Shown here one piece after another: positions 31,605 through 41,921 of a stretch of 64,000 nucleotides of DNA. Made by a program: the position numbers and the translations under genes. Below the pieces are notes generated by a model. The model saw nothing but the letters and a program-made list of their open reading frames with translations. It did not search any database and was not told the DNA's origin. The DNA comes from Gammaproteobacteria bacterium (GTDB taxonomy: Bacteria; Pseudomonadota; Gammaproteobacteria; UBA4575), in assembly GCA_045106935.1 (NCBI GenBank), contig JBGCFN010000014.1, positions 562 to 64,561 of the forward strand, in the 5' to 3' direction. The stretch's first letter is position 1; each line of letters begins with the position of its first letter.

Positions 31605-33122
31605 TTAAACTTCAGGGATAATTAATTTTTGACCAACACGGATTCTGTCTGAATTTAAAGCGTTTGTTTTGCGTATCGAATCAATGCTCACGCTATATTG
31701 AATGGCTATCTCTGAGAGTGTTTCACCGTATTTAATAGTGTGTTTGTCTTGTTTTGCATTGCTGGCTAACACGGCGTCTTTAGGTGCATGGTGCCTTAGG
31801 TATTGTTTAACACCTTTGAATACTGAGCTGGCAAGTTTTTGTTGATGAGTCGCTGAGCGTAACTTTTTCTCTTCTGACGCATTTGAAATAAAAGCTGTTT
31901 CTACAAGTATAGAAGGAATATCAGGTGACTTGAGTACTGCAAAACCTGCGTGCTCAACATTTTTGCGCGTTTTTCCTAATGTGCTTAGTTCTTTTTTGAC
32001 TGAGTTGGCCAGTTTCATGCTTGCGCCAATCGTTGCGGCTTGTTGAAGATCAACTAGCACTTTTGTCACGTCTTTCCCTTTGCCTTTGAGTTTTACTCCG
32101 CCGATAGTGCCCGATTCGTTTTGACTTTGCGCTAGAAATCTTGCGGCCTCGCTACTCGCGCCGTTCTTGGAAAGCACATACACAGATGAACCTCGAACAC
32201 GTCGATCATCAACAGCATCTGCATGAATTGAAATAAAAATATCCGCTTTCTTATCACGCGCTTTCTTGATGCGTCCTCGCAAAGTCAAGAATTTATCTGA
32301 GTCACGTGTCATGACTGCACGCATACCTTTTTCGGCATTAATTAAGCGCACCAATCTTTTTGAAATTTGTAGAACGACGTCTTTTTCACGAGTGCCAGCG
32401 TATCCAGTTGCGCCTGGGTCCTTGCCGCCATGCCCTGGATCAATTGCAATCACTAGCGTCTTAGCTCTAGGTCTTTTAGCGTTGGTCGTTTTCTTGGGTA
32501 AAGGTTTTGCTTTAACAGGCTTTGTCGCAGTAGAAGTAATCTTTGCAATAATGTCTTGTTCGGGCTTTGCTTTGGCGACTTTCTTAACGCTTGGTTTTTT
32601 ATTGACTGTTTTTGCTATTTGTTTTTGAGTGGCTTTCTTTTTAATAGCTGTCTTCTTTGGCGAAGATGTTTTAGCTATTTGGGCATTGGCCGTCTTTGTA
32701 TTTTTTAAATCGATCACTAATCGATGAAGTGAGTCACCATTGGGTGCAAGGACAAAACTCTTTGGAACGATTTGCTGATTTAAATCTAGGACAATTCTAA
32801 GTTTATTGTTAGTACGATTAGCGTGGCGTATTTTTTCTACGAATGAGGCTTTAAATACAGATTGATCTACCTTGGTGGATAGTTTTGCATTGCTGAAATC
32901 AATCACCACACGTCGTGGGTTATTCAGTGTGAAAATCTTATAGGCAGGTGAGGTACTGGTATCAAAAACAACGCGAGTCACTTGGCCATTTTTAGCGACG
33001 CGAATGTTTTCAACATTCAGCCCTTCAGCAGAAGCGATTGCAGGCAGGATGCTGAATATTGCGACTAGCGCAATAATCATTCTATTCACATGACAAGAAA
33101 TTGATGGTTTTGGAATAAACAC
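31605..33122 (-). CDS. amiB: N-acetylmuramoyl-L-alanine amidase (AMIN, amidase_3, C-terminal LysM)
   Basis: Amidase_3 motifs (IDPGHGGKDPGA, ISIHADA). The C-terminal LysM is IKYGETLSEIAIQYSVSIDSIRKTNALNSDRIRVGQKLIIP. The real start may be the internal Met at about 33080 (MIIALVAIFSILPAIASA signal peptide). Confidence 0.88.
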   Translation of the reverse strand: MFIPKPSISCHVNRMIIALVAIFSILPAIASAEGLNVENIRVAKNGQVTRVVFDTSTSPAYKIFTLNNPRRVVIDFSNAKLSTKVDQSVFKASFVEKIRHANRTNNKLRIVLDLNQQIVPKSFVLAPNGDSLHRLVIDLKNTKTANAQIAKTSSPKKTAIKKKATQKQIAKTVNKKPSVKKVAKAKPEQDIIAKITSTATKPVKAKPLPKKTTNAKRPRAKTLVIAIDPGHGGKDPGATGYAGTREKDVVLQISKRLVRLINAEKGMRAVMTRDSDKFLTLRGRIKKARDKKADIFISIHADAVDDRRVRGSSVYVLSKNGASSEAARFLAQSQNESGTIGGVKLKGKGKDVTKVLVDLQQAATIGASMKLANSVKKELSTLGKTRKNVEHAGFAVLKSPDIPSILVETAFISNASEEKKLRSATHQQKLASSVFKGVKQYLRHHAPKDAVLASNAKQDKHTIKYGETLSEIAIQYSVSIDSIRKTNALNSDRIRVGQKLIIPEV

Positions 33123-33234
33123 CCAGCAGATCTCCCTACGACCTTAGTCTATTTTTTGTTAACTGTAACAAAAATAATAACCTACGGGCAATTATTAAAT
33201 GAAAATCTATAAAAAGCGTCAAGTATTCTATGGG

Positions 33235-33654
33235 CTAAGAGGCATTATTTTTAATGCTGACCTGGCGTCCTTCTGGAATATATTCAATGGAAATCTCCAT
33301 CGTGGCCTTAGGGACGAGCGGTTGACCGAGATTGGGCCACTCAATAAAACATATATTTGCATCGCTACAACATTCTCTAATACCAATATAATCTAGTTCT
33401 TCAGGGTCAGAAACTCTATATAAATCAAAATGATAAGCTTCTTGAGAGGCGAGGGTATAGGTTTCAACTAGAGTAAAAGTTGGGCTTTTCACTAAGCCTT
33501 TATGCCCAAGTGCGTGCAAAGCGCCTCTCACCAGAGTGGTTTTGCCTGCACCAAGGTCGCCATGCAAATAGATAATGGCGGGTTTGTTGAGTTGTTCTAT
33601 TAGTTGCGCACCTAGAGCTTCCATGTCCTCCGCTGAACGAACAATTGTCTTCAT
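33235..33654 (-). CDS. tsaE: tRNA threonylcarbamoyladenosine biosynthesis protein TsaE
   Basis: P-loop LHGDLGAGKTTLVRG. The start MKTIVRS at 33654 overlaps the nnr stop by 4 bp. The track ORF at 33762 is over-extended. Confidence 0.88.
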   Translation of the reverse strand: MKTIVRSAEDMEALGAQLIEQLNKPAIIYLHGDLGAGKTTLVRGALHALGHKGLVKSPTFTLVETYTLASQEAYHFDLYRVSDPEELDYIGIRECCSDANICFIEWPNLGQPLVPKATMEISIEYIPEGRQVSIKNNAS

Positions 33655-35135
33655 GGATTGACCAGTTTGTATAGTGCCGGGAATAAATCTTCGGCTAACA
33701 CACCGCGGGTACCTTGGCTGGATATCAATTCTGCCGCTTGGCCGTGAAGCATGACGCCACAATTAGCGGCATTGTCTAATGAGATTCCTTGCGCGACTAG
33801 GCTAGCTAAGATGCCGGCCAGAACATCACCCGTACCGCCGGTGGCAAGGCTGACATTACCACTTGTACAAAAACTAATGTGTTGATCATGACAAGTGAGC
33901 GTGCCAGATCCTTTTAACACAGCCACTCCGGAATATTGTTCCTGTATAGCCAGTGCGGATGAGACGCGATTCAATTGAATTTCCTCTGTATTGCAAGCCA
34001 GTAATTGCGCGGCCTCACCTGGATGTGGGGTTAATATCCAATGATCGCATTTGCTTGGATTTTTGCTTAGTAGATGTAAAGCATCGGCATCTACAATTAA
34101 TGGTTTGTGAGATTCGATGACGCGAGCAAACACTTTTTGTGCCCATTTATCTTGGCCTAACCCTGGGCCAAGTAAAATGACATCGGCTTTTTTCATTAGC
34201 TCAGCGAGATCACGTGGTTCCTGAATCCCTTTAACCATCAGTGAGCCGCATCCCGCCGCAATGGCAGCGACATTATCAGGATGACATGCCACGCTGACTA
34301 ATCCTGCGCCTGTGCGTGCAGCGGCAGTCCCTGCTAAGCGTGCCGCATTGGGATAGCTGATGTTGCCACCTACCACGAGGACGTGACCGTAAAGATTTTT
34401 GTACCCACTTTGTTTTCGTGCAGGTAAAAGTTGTGCCGGCAATACTTCGCTTAATGACATGCCGAGTTTTTCTGCATCATCAATGATGGCATTGGGTAGG
34501 TCTAATGAGTCCACGCCAATGCTTCCAGTATAATGTCGAGATTCACCAGTGATTAATCCGCTCTTTAAGCCAATAAAGGTGAGTGTGCTATTGGCATACA
34601 CGGCTGGGCCCATTGGGTTGCCCGTGTCTGCTCTGAGTCCCGAGGGGATATCTAATGACAATACGGGCACTGGCGCACGATTTATTGCATTGATTATATT
34701 GGCAAGCTCACCTTCAACGGTGCGTGTGACACCTGTGCCAAATATTGCATCAACAATTAAATCGCATTCGGGTAAATCTTCATTGTAGTCAATATCTCTT
34801 CCATCATGAATCGCATAGTCATTTTGCGCGCGCATCGCATCACCGCGTAATTTGGTGATGGGCACGGCTGGCATGGTGAAGCATTCAAGTTCTGCATTGT
34901 GTAGTAGGCGAGCTAAAATATAGCCATCGCCCGCATTGTTACCACCGCCAGCAATCACTAATATTCGTTTTGCTTCTGGATAGTGTTGCCTTATAAACAT
35001 AAAGGCAGCTTTTCCCGCCCGCTGCATGAGATCATAGCTTTTGAACCCATGATGCTCGATTGCGGTAGACTCAAGCTGTTGAATTTGCTGTCTTGAGAAG
35101 ACCGGATATTGTTTGCCGTTAGTTATAAAATTCAT
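33651..35135 (-). CDS. nnr: Bifunctional NAD(P)H-hydrate epimerase/dehydratase Nnr (YjeF)
   Basis: N-terminal YjeF-N (epimerase) and C-terminal carbohydrate-kinase-like dehydratase domains. Length 494 aa. Conserved nnr-tsaE-amiB order. Confidence 0.9.
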   Translation of the reverse strand: MNFITNGKQYPVFSRQQIQQLESTAIEHHGFKSYDLMQRAGKAAFMFIRQHYPEAKRILVIAGGGNNAGDGYILARLLHNAELECFTMPAVPITKLRGDAMRAQNDYAIHDGRDIDYNEDLPECDLIVDAIFGTGVTRTVEGELANIINAINRAPVPVLSLDIPSGLRADTGNPMGPAVYANSTLTFIGLKSGLITGESRHYTGSIGVDSLDLPNAIIDDAEKLGMSLSEVLPAQLLPARKQSGYKNLYGHVLVVGGNISYPNAARLAGTAAARTGAGLVSVACHPDNVAAIAAGCGSLMVKGIQEPRDLAELMKKADVILLGPGLGQDKWAQKVFARVIESHKPLIVDADALHLLSKNPSKCDHWILTPHPGEAAQLLACNTEEIQLNRVSSALAIQEQYSGVAVLKGSGTLTCHDQHISFCTSGNVSLATGGTGDVLAGILASLVAQGISLDNAANCGVMLHGQAAELISSQGTRGVLAEDLFPALYKLVNP

Positions 35136-35160
35136 GTGTCATTAAACAATTTAATTTATT

Positions 35161-36231
35161 GTGCAAAAGCCTATCGTTACTGAACAGAGTATGCAAAGCC
35201 TATTGGATAATATCCAGGATTGGGCGGGTGAGCTTGGTTTTGATCATATTGGAATAAGCGATACAAATCTTGCTGAACATGAAGCTTATTTGTTGAATTG
35301 GTTGCAATCTGGCATGCAGGGCGAAATGGACTACATGCATAAGCATGGGACCAAGCGATCACGACCTGACGAATTGCTGCCAGGAACGGTATGCATTATT
35401 TCGGTTAGGATGAATTATTTGCCTCCCGATGCACAAGACCCTAATCAAGTACTTGATGATGCAAATGCTGCCTATATTTCACGTTATGCGTTAGGCCGTG
35501 ACTATCACAAAGTGATGAGAAAGCGCCTGCAAAAACTTGCCACGCGTATTGAGCGTCATGTAGGTGCTTTTGGGTATCGCGCATTTGTTGATAGTGCACC
35601 TGTATTAGAAAAAGCACTTGCTCACAAAGCTGGATTAGGCTGGGTTGGAAAACATACTAATTTGCTGTCTGAAGAGGCCGGGTCCTGGTTCTTTTTAGGG
35701 GAGTTGTTTACCAATTTACCTCTTCCTGTTAATCAACCAACTAGCAATCACTGTGGCAGTTGTGAGGCATGCATAGATGTGTGTCCTACGCAGGCAATTA
35801 TTGCGCCTTATAAATTGGATGCGAGAAAATGCATTTCTTATTTAACCATTGAGCATAAAACATCTATTCCCGTGGAATATCGTAAACCGATGGGCAATCG
35901 AATATATGGGTGTGATGATTGTCAGTTGGTTTGCCCGTGGAATAAGTTTTCAAAAAAATCACCGTTAGCTGATTTTGCAAAAAGACATAGTTTAGATGCG
36001 GTTAGTTTGGTTGAATTATTCTTATGGAGTGAAGAGGATTTTTTGCGTTATACGCAAGGGTCTGCAATACGGCGAATAGGTTATCAACAGTGGCTAAGAA
36101 ACGTAGCTGTGGCACTGGGGAATGCGCCAGAGAGCTCAGAAGTCATTCAGGCGTTACTTAGTCGGCGAGATGATTGTTCGAGTTTGGTATGTGAACATGT
36201 GGAGTGGGCATTGCAGCAGCATGGCCAATGA
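35161..36231 (+). CDS. queG: Epoxyqueuosine reductase QueG
   Basis: 4Fe-4S ferredoxin motifs CGSCEACIDVCP and CDDCQLVCP. Length 356 aa. Divergent from nnr, as in E. coli. Confidence 0.9.
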   Translation: MQKPIVTEQSMQSLLDNIQDWAGELGFDHIGISDTNLAEHEAYLLNWLQSGMQGEMDYMHKHGTKRSRPDELLPGTVCIISVRMNYLPPDAQDPNQVLDDANAAYISRYALGRDYHKVMRKRLQKLATRIERHVGAFGYRAFVDSAPVLEKALAHKAGLGWVGKHTNLLSEEAGSWFFLGELFTNLPLPVNQPTSNHCGSCEACIDVCPTQAIIAPYKLDARKCISYLTIEHKTSIPVEYRKPMGNRIYGCDDCQLVCPWNKFSKKSPLADFAKRHSLDAVSLVELFLWSEEDFLRYTQGSAIRRIGYQQWLRNVAVALGNAPESSEVIQALLSRRDDCSSLVCEHVEWALQQHGQ

Positions 36232-36238
36232 GTAATTA

Positions 36239-38890
36239 ATGAAGAAACTATTTTTAATTATATTTATTGCATTCATTGTTGTTGCTCTATTTTTATTTCG
36301 TGTGCCACTGATTCAGGTGTTGGCGCCTAATATTGCAAAGTATTATGGCTTTGATGTTAGTAATGTTGAGGTTGCTCAGATTGATATTGATAAAATTGTT
36401 ATCCCTGTCTTGGGTATGCAATATGCTAAGGCCGGAAAGCAAGTAGATATTGAAATGCATAACCTTGTTGTCATTATTGATCAGTATCAAAGAGTTATAT
36501 CTGAGGTTAGCTCGAGTCGTGTTGTGATTGAAATTGATCAGATAGAAGAGCTTGTCACTGCTACTCCAGATACCAGCATAAATGATGCAATTAATTTCCT
36601 ACCAATATTTGGAATTAATATTGAGCATTTAGAGCTTAAGTATCGCGCTCAAGAAAAACAATTAGCTAGTTTTAAGGGTGAATTGTTGTATGCAGATACC
36701 ATGCAGTTAAAAGGAAATTTTAGTATTCAAGAGATGCTTGATTTCAATGTGACTATGACTGCTGATGAGTCAGATTTTATTATTGATGTATCCCAGCATG
36801 ATCAAGAGAATAATAACGAGGTGATTGCTTTGTCAGGTGATTATTGGGTAAAGGATGACTGGTTAAAAGTAACGTTAGCGGGTCGTTTAAGTATTGCCGA
36901 TATTAATAATATGTTGCATGGATTTGGTATGAATAAATTCGTGCAAGATGATGATAGTGCCGTTAAAGCAAAATTTGAGTTGGATTTAGCCAGGTCAGCT
37001 GAGCAAATAATGCAATCATTTGCGGCTGATATAGATATCGATAGCTCGTTAAAAGTATCTGCTCATGAGTTGAGTGTGAAGTTTGCCGATGTCGATATTA
37101 GTGCGAGTTGTCATGTCGAGAAAACTGATATGGCTAATTGCGCATTTAAAGATCCACAGCGCGCAGTGATCGATTTTCATAGTCCTCCAGATTGGTTGTC
37201 TAATTATTTTGAAGAGATTGATAGTCAGTATATTGTAGAAGTTAATCCAAGTGACCAGTTGGAGCTGCAATTATCTTTCATGGAAATATTGGCCGCAAAA
37301 GCTATTGGTAGTGCTGCGTTTAATATGCGGAGTCGATCATCGCGCTTCAATGTCGACGGACTTTTGTATGATTTAAGTTTTAACGGAGTTGAACAAGACT
37401 GGCAATTAGATGCGGGCTATCAGATGAAATTAAACGCGCTTAATGTCGATGCTCCAATTGAAGTGCCACGTTTCATTTTAATGGCTAATGGAAATTTAAG
37501 CGCTAATCAAACATGGCTGGATATTTCTGTGGCAAAAGACTCAGTGGCGACAGCTCTAGACGTTGCATATGAGGGCTATCTGACCAAAAAGTTAGAGTTT
37601 AAGCAATTAGATGATGCGTTGATTAGATATCGTTACCAAAATAATAACGTCTATGCCGACAGTCTTGATTTTTCTCTTACTTCGCGTCAAGTGAAACACG
37701 AAGATTTTGAAGTTGATTTATCTCCAATACAACTAAGCGTTGAAAATTTGGATTACTCGAATAATAAGCAATCGCTTGTTGCTAAGCTTGTTACAGATCA
37801 TGTATTGGTGACGCAGCGTGGAATTCCGATATCGGCATATGGGATAGAGGCGGGTGCAGAATATAAGGATGAGCAATTGTCTATGAGTGGCAATGCTGGC
37901 TTTGGTGAACAAAAGAACCGCTTAGAATATTCTGCTACACATGATTTTGTAAAAGGTCTAGGTACAGGAACTATAACTGGTGAAGCGACTAAACTAGCAG
38001 ATAATGAAATTATCAGTCGTCAAATAAGTGATTCTGGTTTTCCTTTGCAATTAAGGGAGGGTGGTTTAAAGATTGATATTGAAGCACTTTGGAATACAAA
38101 TAAATCGATCAGTGAGATAACGGTAAAGCTATTAGCAGATAATATCGCCGGGGATTATGCGCAAAATCAATTTTCTGGGCTGAATACATCGCTAGAGTTT
38201 ATTGGTCATGAAGGTTGGAGTTTGAAGCAGGCAGCGAGTATTAATATTGATATAGTTAATATGGGCGTGCCTCTTAAAGATCTAACCTTGAATTTAGAGC
38301 GTATGGAATATGAAGTTCAAGAGCATCCTTTGATTGTATTACGTGACCTGTCTGCGGCGGCTTTAGATGGGAGTATTTATTCAAACAAAATAGAAGTGGA
38401 TCTTAATCGGCGAGAAAATAAATTTTCTATCTTTTTGTCTTCATTGTCGTTAGAAAAACTAGTTGCTTTAAATCAGACGGAAGATTTGATTGCTAGTGGC
38501 ACCTTAAATGGTGAGTTGCCTATGCGGCTTGATAATGGTGTGTTGCTGGTGGATGGAGGTTGGTTGCGTGCAGATGAGCGTGGAGGTTTTATCAAGTATG
38601 GTCGGATTGGTGATGTCTTAGTGGGTCATGAAGATTTGCAGTTAGTTGGAGAGTTGTTGAAAAATTTCCAATACAATGAGATGTCTGCTCAAGTTGATTT
38701 GGTGTCTGGGGGAGGGTTAACGCTGGCAACTAAGTTGCATGGGCGTAGCCCAGAGGCAACACTGAATAAGCAGGTCAATTTAAACTTCAATATCGATTTT
38801 AATTTGTGGAAATTCTTAGAGAGTGCTAGATTGCTGACACGTATTGATCAAGATGTTAGTGAGCAAATTCTTTCTAATCAAAAGAAATAA
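36239..38890 (+). CDS. ydbH: YdbH-like AsmA-family large periplasmic/membrane-anchored protein
   Basis: 883 aa with an N-terminal TM anchor. It is followed directly by ynbE and ydbL homologues, the conserved ydbH-ynbE-ydbL operon. Confidence 0.7.
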   Translation: MKKLFLIIFIAFIVVALFLFRVPLIQVLAPNIAKYYGFDVSNVEVAQIDIDKIVIPVLGMQYAKAGKQVDIEMHNLVVIIDQYQRVISEVSSSRVVIEIDQIEELVTATPDTSINDAINFLPIFGINIEHLELKYRAQEKQLASFKGELLYADTMQLKGNFSIQEMLDFNVTMTADESDFIIDVSQHDQENNNEVIALSGDYWVKDDWLKVTLAGRLSIADINNMLHGFGMNKFVQDDDSAVKAKFELDLARSAEQIMQSFAADIDIDSSLKVSAHELSVKFADVDISASCHVEKTDMANCAFKDPQRAVIDFHSPPDWLSNYFEEIDSQYIVEVNPSDQLELQLSFMEILAAKAIGSAAFNMRSRSSRFNVDGLLYDLSFNGVEQDWQLDAGYQMKLNALNVDAPIEVPRFILMANGNLSANQTWLDISVAKDSVATALDVAYEGYLTKKLEFKQLDDALIRYRYQNNNVYADSLDFSLTSRQVKHEDFEVDLSPIQLSVENLDYSNNKQSLVAKLVTDHVLVTQRGIPISAYGIEAGAEYKDEQLSMSGNAGFGEQKNRLEYSATHDFVKGLGTGTITGEATKLADNEIISRQISDSGFPLQLREGGLKIDIEALWNTNKSISEITVKLLADNIAGDYAQNQFSGLNTSLEFIGHEGWSLKQAASINIDIVNMGVPLKDLTLNLERMEYEVQEHPLIVLRDLSAAALDGSIYSNKIEVDLNRRENKFSIFLSSLSLEKLVALNQTEDLIASGTLNGELPMRLDNGVLLVDGGWLRADERGGFIKYGRIGDVLVGHEDLQLVGELLKNFQYNEMSAQVDLVSGGGLTLATKLHGRSPEATLNKQVNLNFNIDFNLWKFLESARLLTRIDQDVSEQILSNQKK

Positions 38891-38948
38891 TGGGAACTTT
38901 GTTAACGAAGCATGGGTCAACCATTTACTGATAATTGGTGTATCGCAA

Positions 38949-39140
38949 ATGAATAAAATACTTATGTGCGTCTTGGTTGCCAGTGGGATTCTATTATCCT
39001 CATGCAATCCAACAGTTAAAGTTGAGGCGCCAGATGAGCCTATTACAATCAATATGAATATTAAAATTGAGCATGAAGTGCGAATTAAAGTAGATAAAGA
39101 GCTTGATGATGTGTTTGCAGATGATAGTGGTCTGTTCTGA
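38949..39140 (+). CDS. ynbE: YnbE-family small lipoprotein (63 aa). Not in the ORF track as a separate gene.
   Basis: MNKILMCVLVASGILLSSC-NPTVKVEAPDEPITINMNIKIEHEVRIKVDKELDDVF closely matches the YnbE consensus (lipobox, then ...EPITINMNVKIEHEI.IKVDK...). The 38844 track ORF starts 35 codons too early, inside ydbH. Confidence 0.8.
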   Translation: MNKILMCVLVASGILLSSCNPTVKVEAPDEPITINMNIKIEHEVRIKVDKELDDVFADDSGLF

Positions 39141-39487
39141 TGGGAATAAAAATCATGAAACTTAAAATTGTTAAAATATTGTTTGTTGCGCTGATGGCAT
39201 TAAATACGACATGTGTATTTGCAGTTGATCTGCAACAGGTTAAAAGTAATGGTTTGGTTGGTGAGCAGCTGAATGGCTACCTCGGGGTAGTGGATGCTAA
39301 TGCTGAGTCTGAAGTGAGAGAGTTAATCGCGGATATAAATGCCAAGCGTAAAGCGAAGTATGAATCAATTGCAGCACAGAATAGTACTAGTCTAGAAACA
39401 GTCGAGTTACTTGCGGGTAAGAAGGCTGTTGAGAAAACACAAGCGGGAAATTATATTCAAACTGCGACAGGTTGGAAAAAGAAATAG
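39140..39487 (+). CDS. ydbL: YdbL (DUF1318) periplasmic protein
   Basis: Signal peptide, then ...GYLGVVDANAESEVRELIADINAKRKAKYESIAA..., the DUF1318 signature. The start overlaps the ynbE stop. Confidence 0.8.
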   Translation: MGIKIMKLKIVKILFVALMALNTTCVFAVDLQQVKSNGLVGEQLNGYLGVVDANAESEVRELIADINAKRKAKYESIAAQNSTSLETVELLAGKKAVEKTQAGNYIQTATGWKKK

Positions 39488-39509
39488 TAATTTCTTGTTG
39501 TTCTAAATT

Positions 39510-40100
39510 TTATCTGCGCCAGGATAAAATTTTATTGTTGGCAGGCATTTCGAATTCAGTTGATGCCTGGAAATTATTTTTAAGCGCAAGCTGGTCTAGA
39601 TCGTTTCTGTCTCGGATGCAAGATTCAGGATCCCTATTTTTTAACCATTGATCAAATCGGCGATTGCTATCGCTAGTGTATTTTCCATCAATGTTAAATG
39701 GGCCATATAAGCAAAATACTGCTGAGCTTGTTAACGCCTTGTCTAAGCCAGAAAATAAAGCTTCTATTTCATGCCAATGCATGATGTGAGCGACATTTGC
39801 AGCAAATGCACCTTGATAATTCTGCTGTGGCCAGTGTGAACAAACATCAAGTTCGATTGCAGCCGATGTGTTTTGTCTGTTGGTATCGTTTAACCACATG
39901 TTAATTCCTGCAAGCATTTCGAGTTTATCACTTGCTTGCCATGTTAAATGCGGTAATTGTTGAGAGAAATAGGCAGCATGTTGTCCGGTTCCGCTGCCGA
40001 TTTCTAATACGCTATTGGTGGATTTAAATTCTTCTCGAAGTATATTCAGGATTGCATCACGATTTTCTTCAGCCGCTGGTGAAAATGGCTTGTTATGCAT
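39510..40100 (-). CDS. DUF938-family class I SAM-dependent methyltransferase-like protein
   Basis: MTase motif I VLEIGSGTGQHAAYF. Length 196 aa. Confidence 0.65.
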   Translation of the reverse strand: MHNKPFSPAAEENRDAILNILREEFKSTNSVLEIGSGTGQHAAYFSQQLPHLTWQASDKLEMLAGINMWLNDTNRQNTSAAIELDVCSHWPQQNYQGAFAANVAHIMHWHEIEALFSGLDKALTSSAVFCLYGPFNIDGKYTSDSNRRFDQWLKNRDPESCIRDRNDLDQLALKNNFQASTEFEMPANNKILSWRR

Positions 40101-40112
40101 GATAACGATGGT

Positions 40113-41720
40113 TTAACTAGTTTTACGGATATAATCGATTAGCGCTTGCGTAGAACAGTCAGCACTAGCTAATTCTTTATCGCTTTGAAGAACAGGAAGA
40201 ATTTTATTAGTTAATGTTTTGCCCAGTTCGACCCCCATTTGATCGAATGAGTTGATATTCCAAATGATTCCTTGTACAAAAATTTTGTGTTCATAAAGTG
40301 CAAGCAGTGCACCTAATGTGGTTGGTGTGAGTGATTCGCACATAATGGTGTTGCTTGGACGGTTGCCAGGAAATGTCATATGCGGTGATAAATCTTTTAC
40401 CATTTTGCCGGTGATGTTTTGGCTGGCAAGTAATTCAATCGTCTCCTTTCTTGATCGACCCATCATCATTGATTGTGATTGCGCTAGCATGTTGGCTAGT
40501 AGTATCTGGTGATGTTGTTTGTGTTCGTGTTCGGCTTTAGAGAAACCAATAAAATCGCAGGGCACAGTGGGTGCGCCTTGGTGTAATAATTGATGGAAAG
40601 CATGTTGCCCGTTTGTACCTGCTTCCCCAAAAATAATAGGTCCCGTATTATAATTTGCACGTTTACCATCACGTGTTACGCCTTTGCCATTACTTTCCAT
40701 GTCGAGCTGCTGTAAATAACTTGGCAGACTTCGTAGCCGATGGTCATAAGGTAATACTGCATGATGAGGCATATCTAAAAAGTTGATATACCAAATGCCC
40801 AGTAGTCCCATCATGATGGGTAAGTTTTGGTCTAACGGCGCTGTTTGGAAATGTTTATCCATTGCGTAAGCGCCAGTCAGTAAGCTACGGAAATTCTTCA
40901 TGCCTATTTGTAAAGCAAGTGGGAAACCAACTGTACTCCAAAGCGAATAGCGTCCTCCGACCCAATCCCACATTGTTAGAATATGGTCGGTGTCGACACC
41001 AAAAGATTTGGCTGCTTCGGCATTTGAAGTAATGGCAACGAATTGTTTGCGTACGGATCTACGAATACCGCTTTTTTCTCTTAGCCACGCGGCGGCAGTG
41101 TCAGCATTTGCTGTGGTTTCTTGTGTGGAAAAACTCTTTGAAATGACGACGAATAAAGTGTCTTCCGGCGCTATTTCTTGCAATACCTCATCCAGGAGAT
41201 GTGCATCAACATTAGCAACAAAGTGGACATTGATATCTTTTTGAGTGAAATGTTTGAGTGCTTCACAGGCAAGCTTTGGTCCCAGATATGAGCCGCCAAT
41301 ACCAATGACAACAACGTCTTTAATCGGGGTGTCTTTATAGCTAAGCCATTTGCCTTGATGGAGTTTATTGCATAAGCGTTCCATTTTAGCTAATTCAGCT
41401 TCTACCTCACTACTGACGTGAGTGTCTACTGGACTACGTAATGCAGTGTGTAATGCTGAACGTTGTTCGGTGCTGTTGACGATTTCACCTGCAAACATTC
41501 TATCGCGCCACTTTTCAACCTCGGCAGCTTCGGCGAGATTGAATAATAAAGTAAGCGTTTGTTCGATGATTCTATTTTTTGAAAAATCAACAAGGATGGG
41601 ATTTGATTGAATCGAGAATTTTTTAAATCGATTAGGATCTTCATCAAATAGCTGACGCATTTCTACATCGCGCATGAGCGAGGCGTGATTAATCAGTTTT
41701 TTCCAATGAGGAGCTATCAT
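40113..41720 (-). CDS. pgi: Glucose-6-phosphate isomerase
   Basis: Conserved PGI motifs (DYSKN-like VDFSKN, IGIGGSYLGP, GGRYSLWSTVG). Length 535 aa. Confidence 0.93.
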   Translation of the reverse strand: MIAPHWKKLINHASLMRDVEMRQLFDEDPNRFKKFSIQSNPILVDFSKNRIIEQTLTLLFNLAEAAEVEKWRDRMFAGEIVNSTEQRSALHTALRSPVDTHVSSEVEAELAKMERLCNKLHQGKWLSYKDTPIKDVVVIGIGGSYLGPKLACEALKHFTQKDINVHFVANVDAHLLDEVLQEIAPEDTLFVVISKSFSTQETTANADTAAAWLREKSGIRRSVRKQFVAITSNAEAAKSFGVDTDHILTMWDWVGGRYSLWSTVGFPLALQIGMKNFRSLLTGAYAMDKHFQTAPLDQNLPIMMGLLGIWYINFLDMPHHAVLPYDHRLRSLPSYLQQLDMESNGKGVTRDGKRANYNTGPIIFGEAGTNGQHAFHQLLHQGAPTVPCDFIGFSKAEHEHKQHHQILLANMLAQSQSMMMGRSRKETIELLASQNITGKMVKDLSPHMTFPGNRPSNTIMCESLTPTTLGALLALYEHKIFVQGIIWNINSFDQMGVELGKTLTNKILPVLQSDKELASADCSTQALIDYIRKTS

Positions 41721-41875
41721 CTGAGGATAATACTAGGATTTAAAAACAATTGAGCACTGTGTTTTAGTTGTCTTATGCCGTTTATCAGACTAAGGGTGAG
41801 AAGCGAATGACTATGGATATCACACCCAAGAGACATTGTGAATGAATTAATCGCTGGGCGTGACTCACAGGCACA

Positions 41876-41908
41876 AAAAAAGCGGACTAAAAGCCCGCTT
41901 TTTTTGTG
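41876..41908 (-). terminator. Putative intrinsic terminator downstream of panC (possibly bidirectional)
   Basis: Plus strand AAAAAAAGCGGACTAAAAGCCCGCTTTTTTTG: a 5-6 bp GC stem flanked by A7 and T7 tracts. Confidence 0.5.
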
Positions 41909-41921
41909 AAATGCGTCCGAA

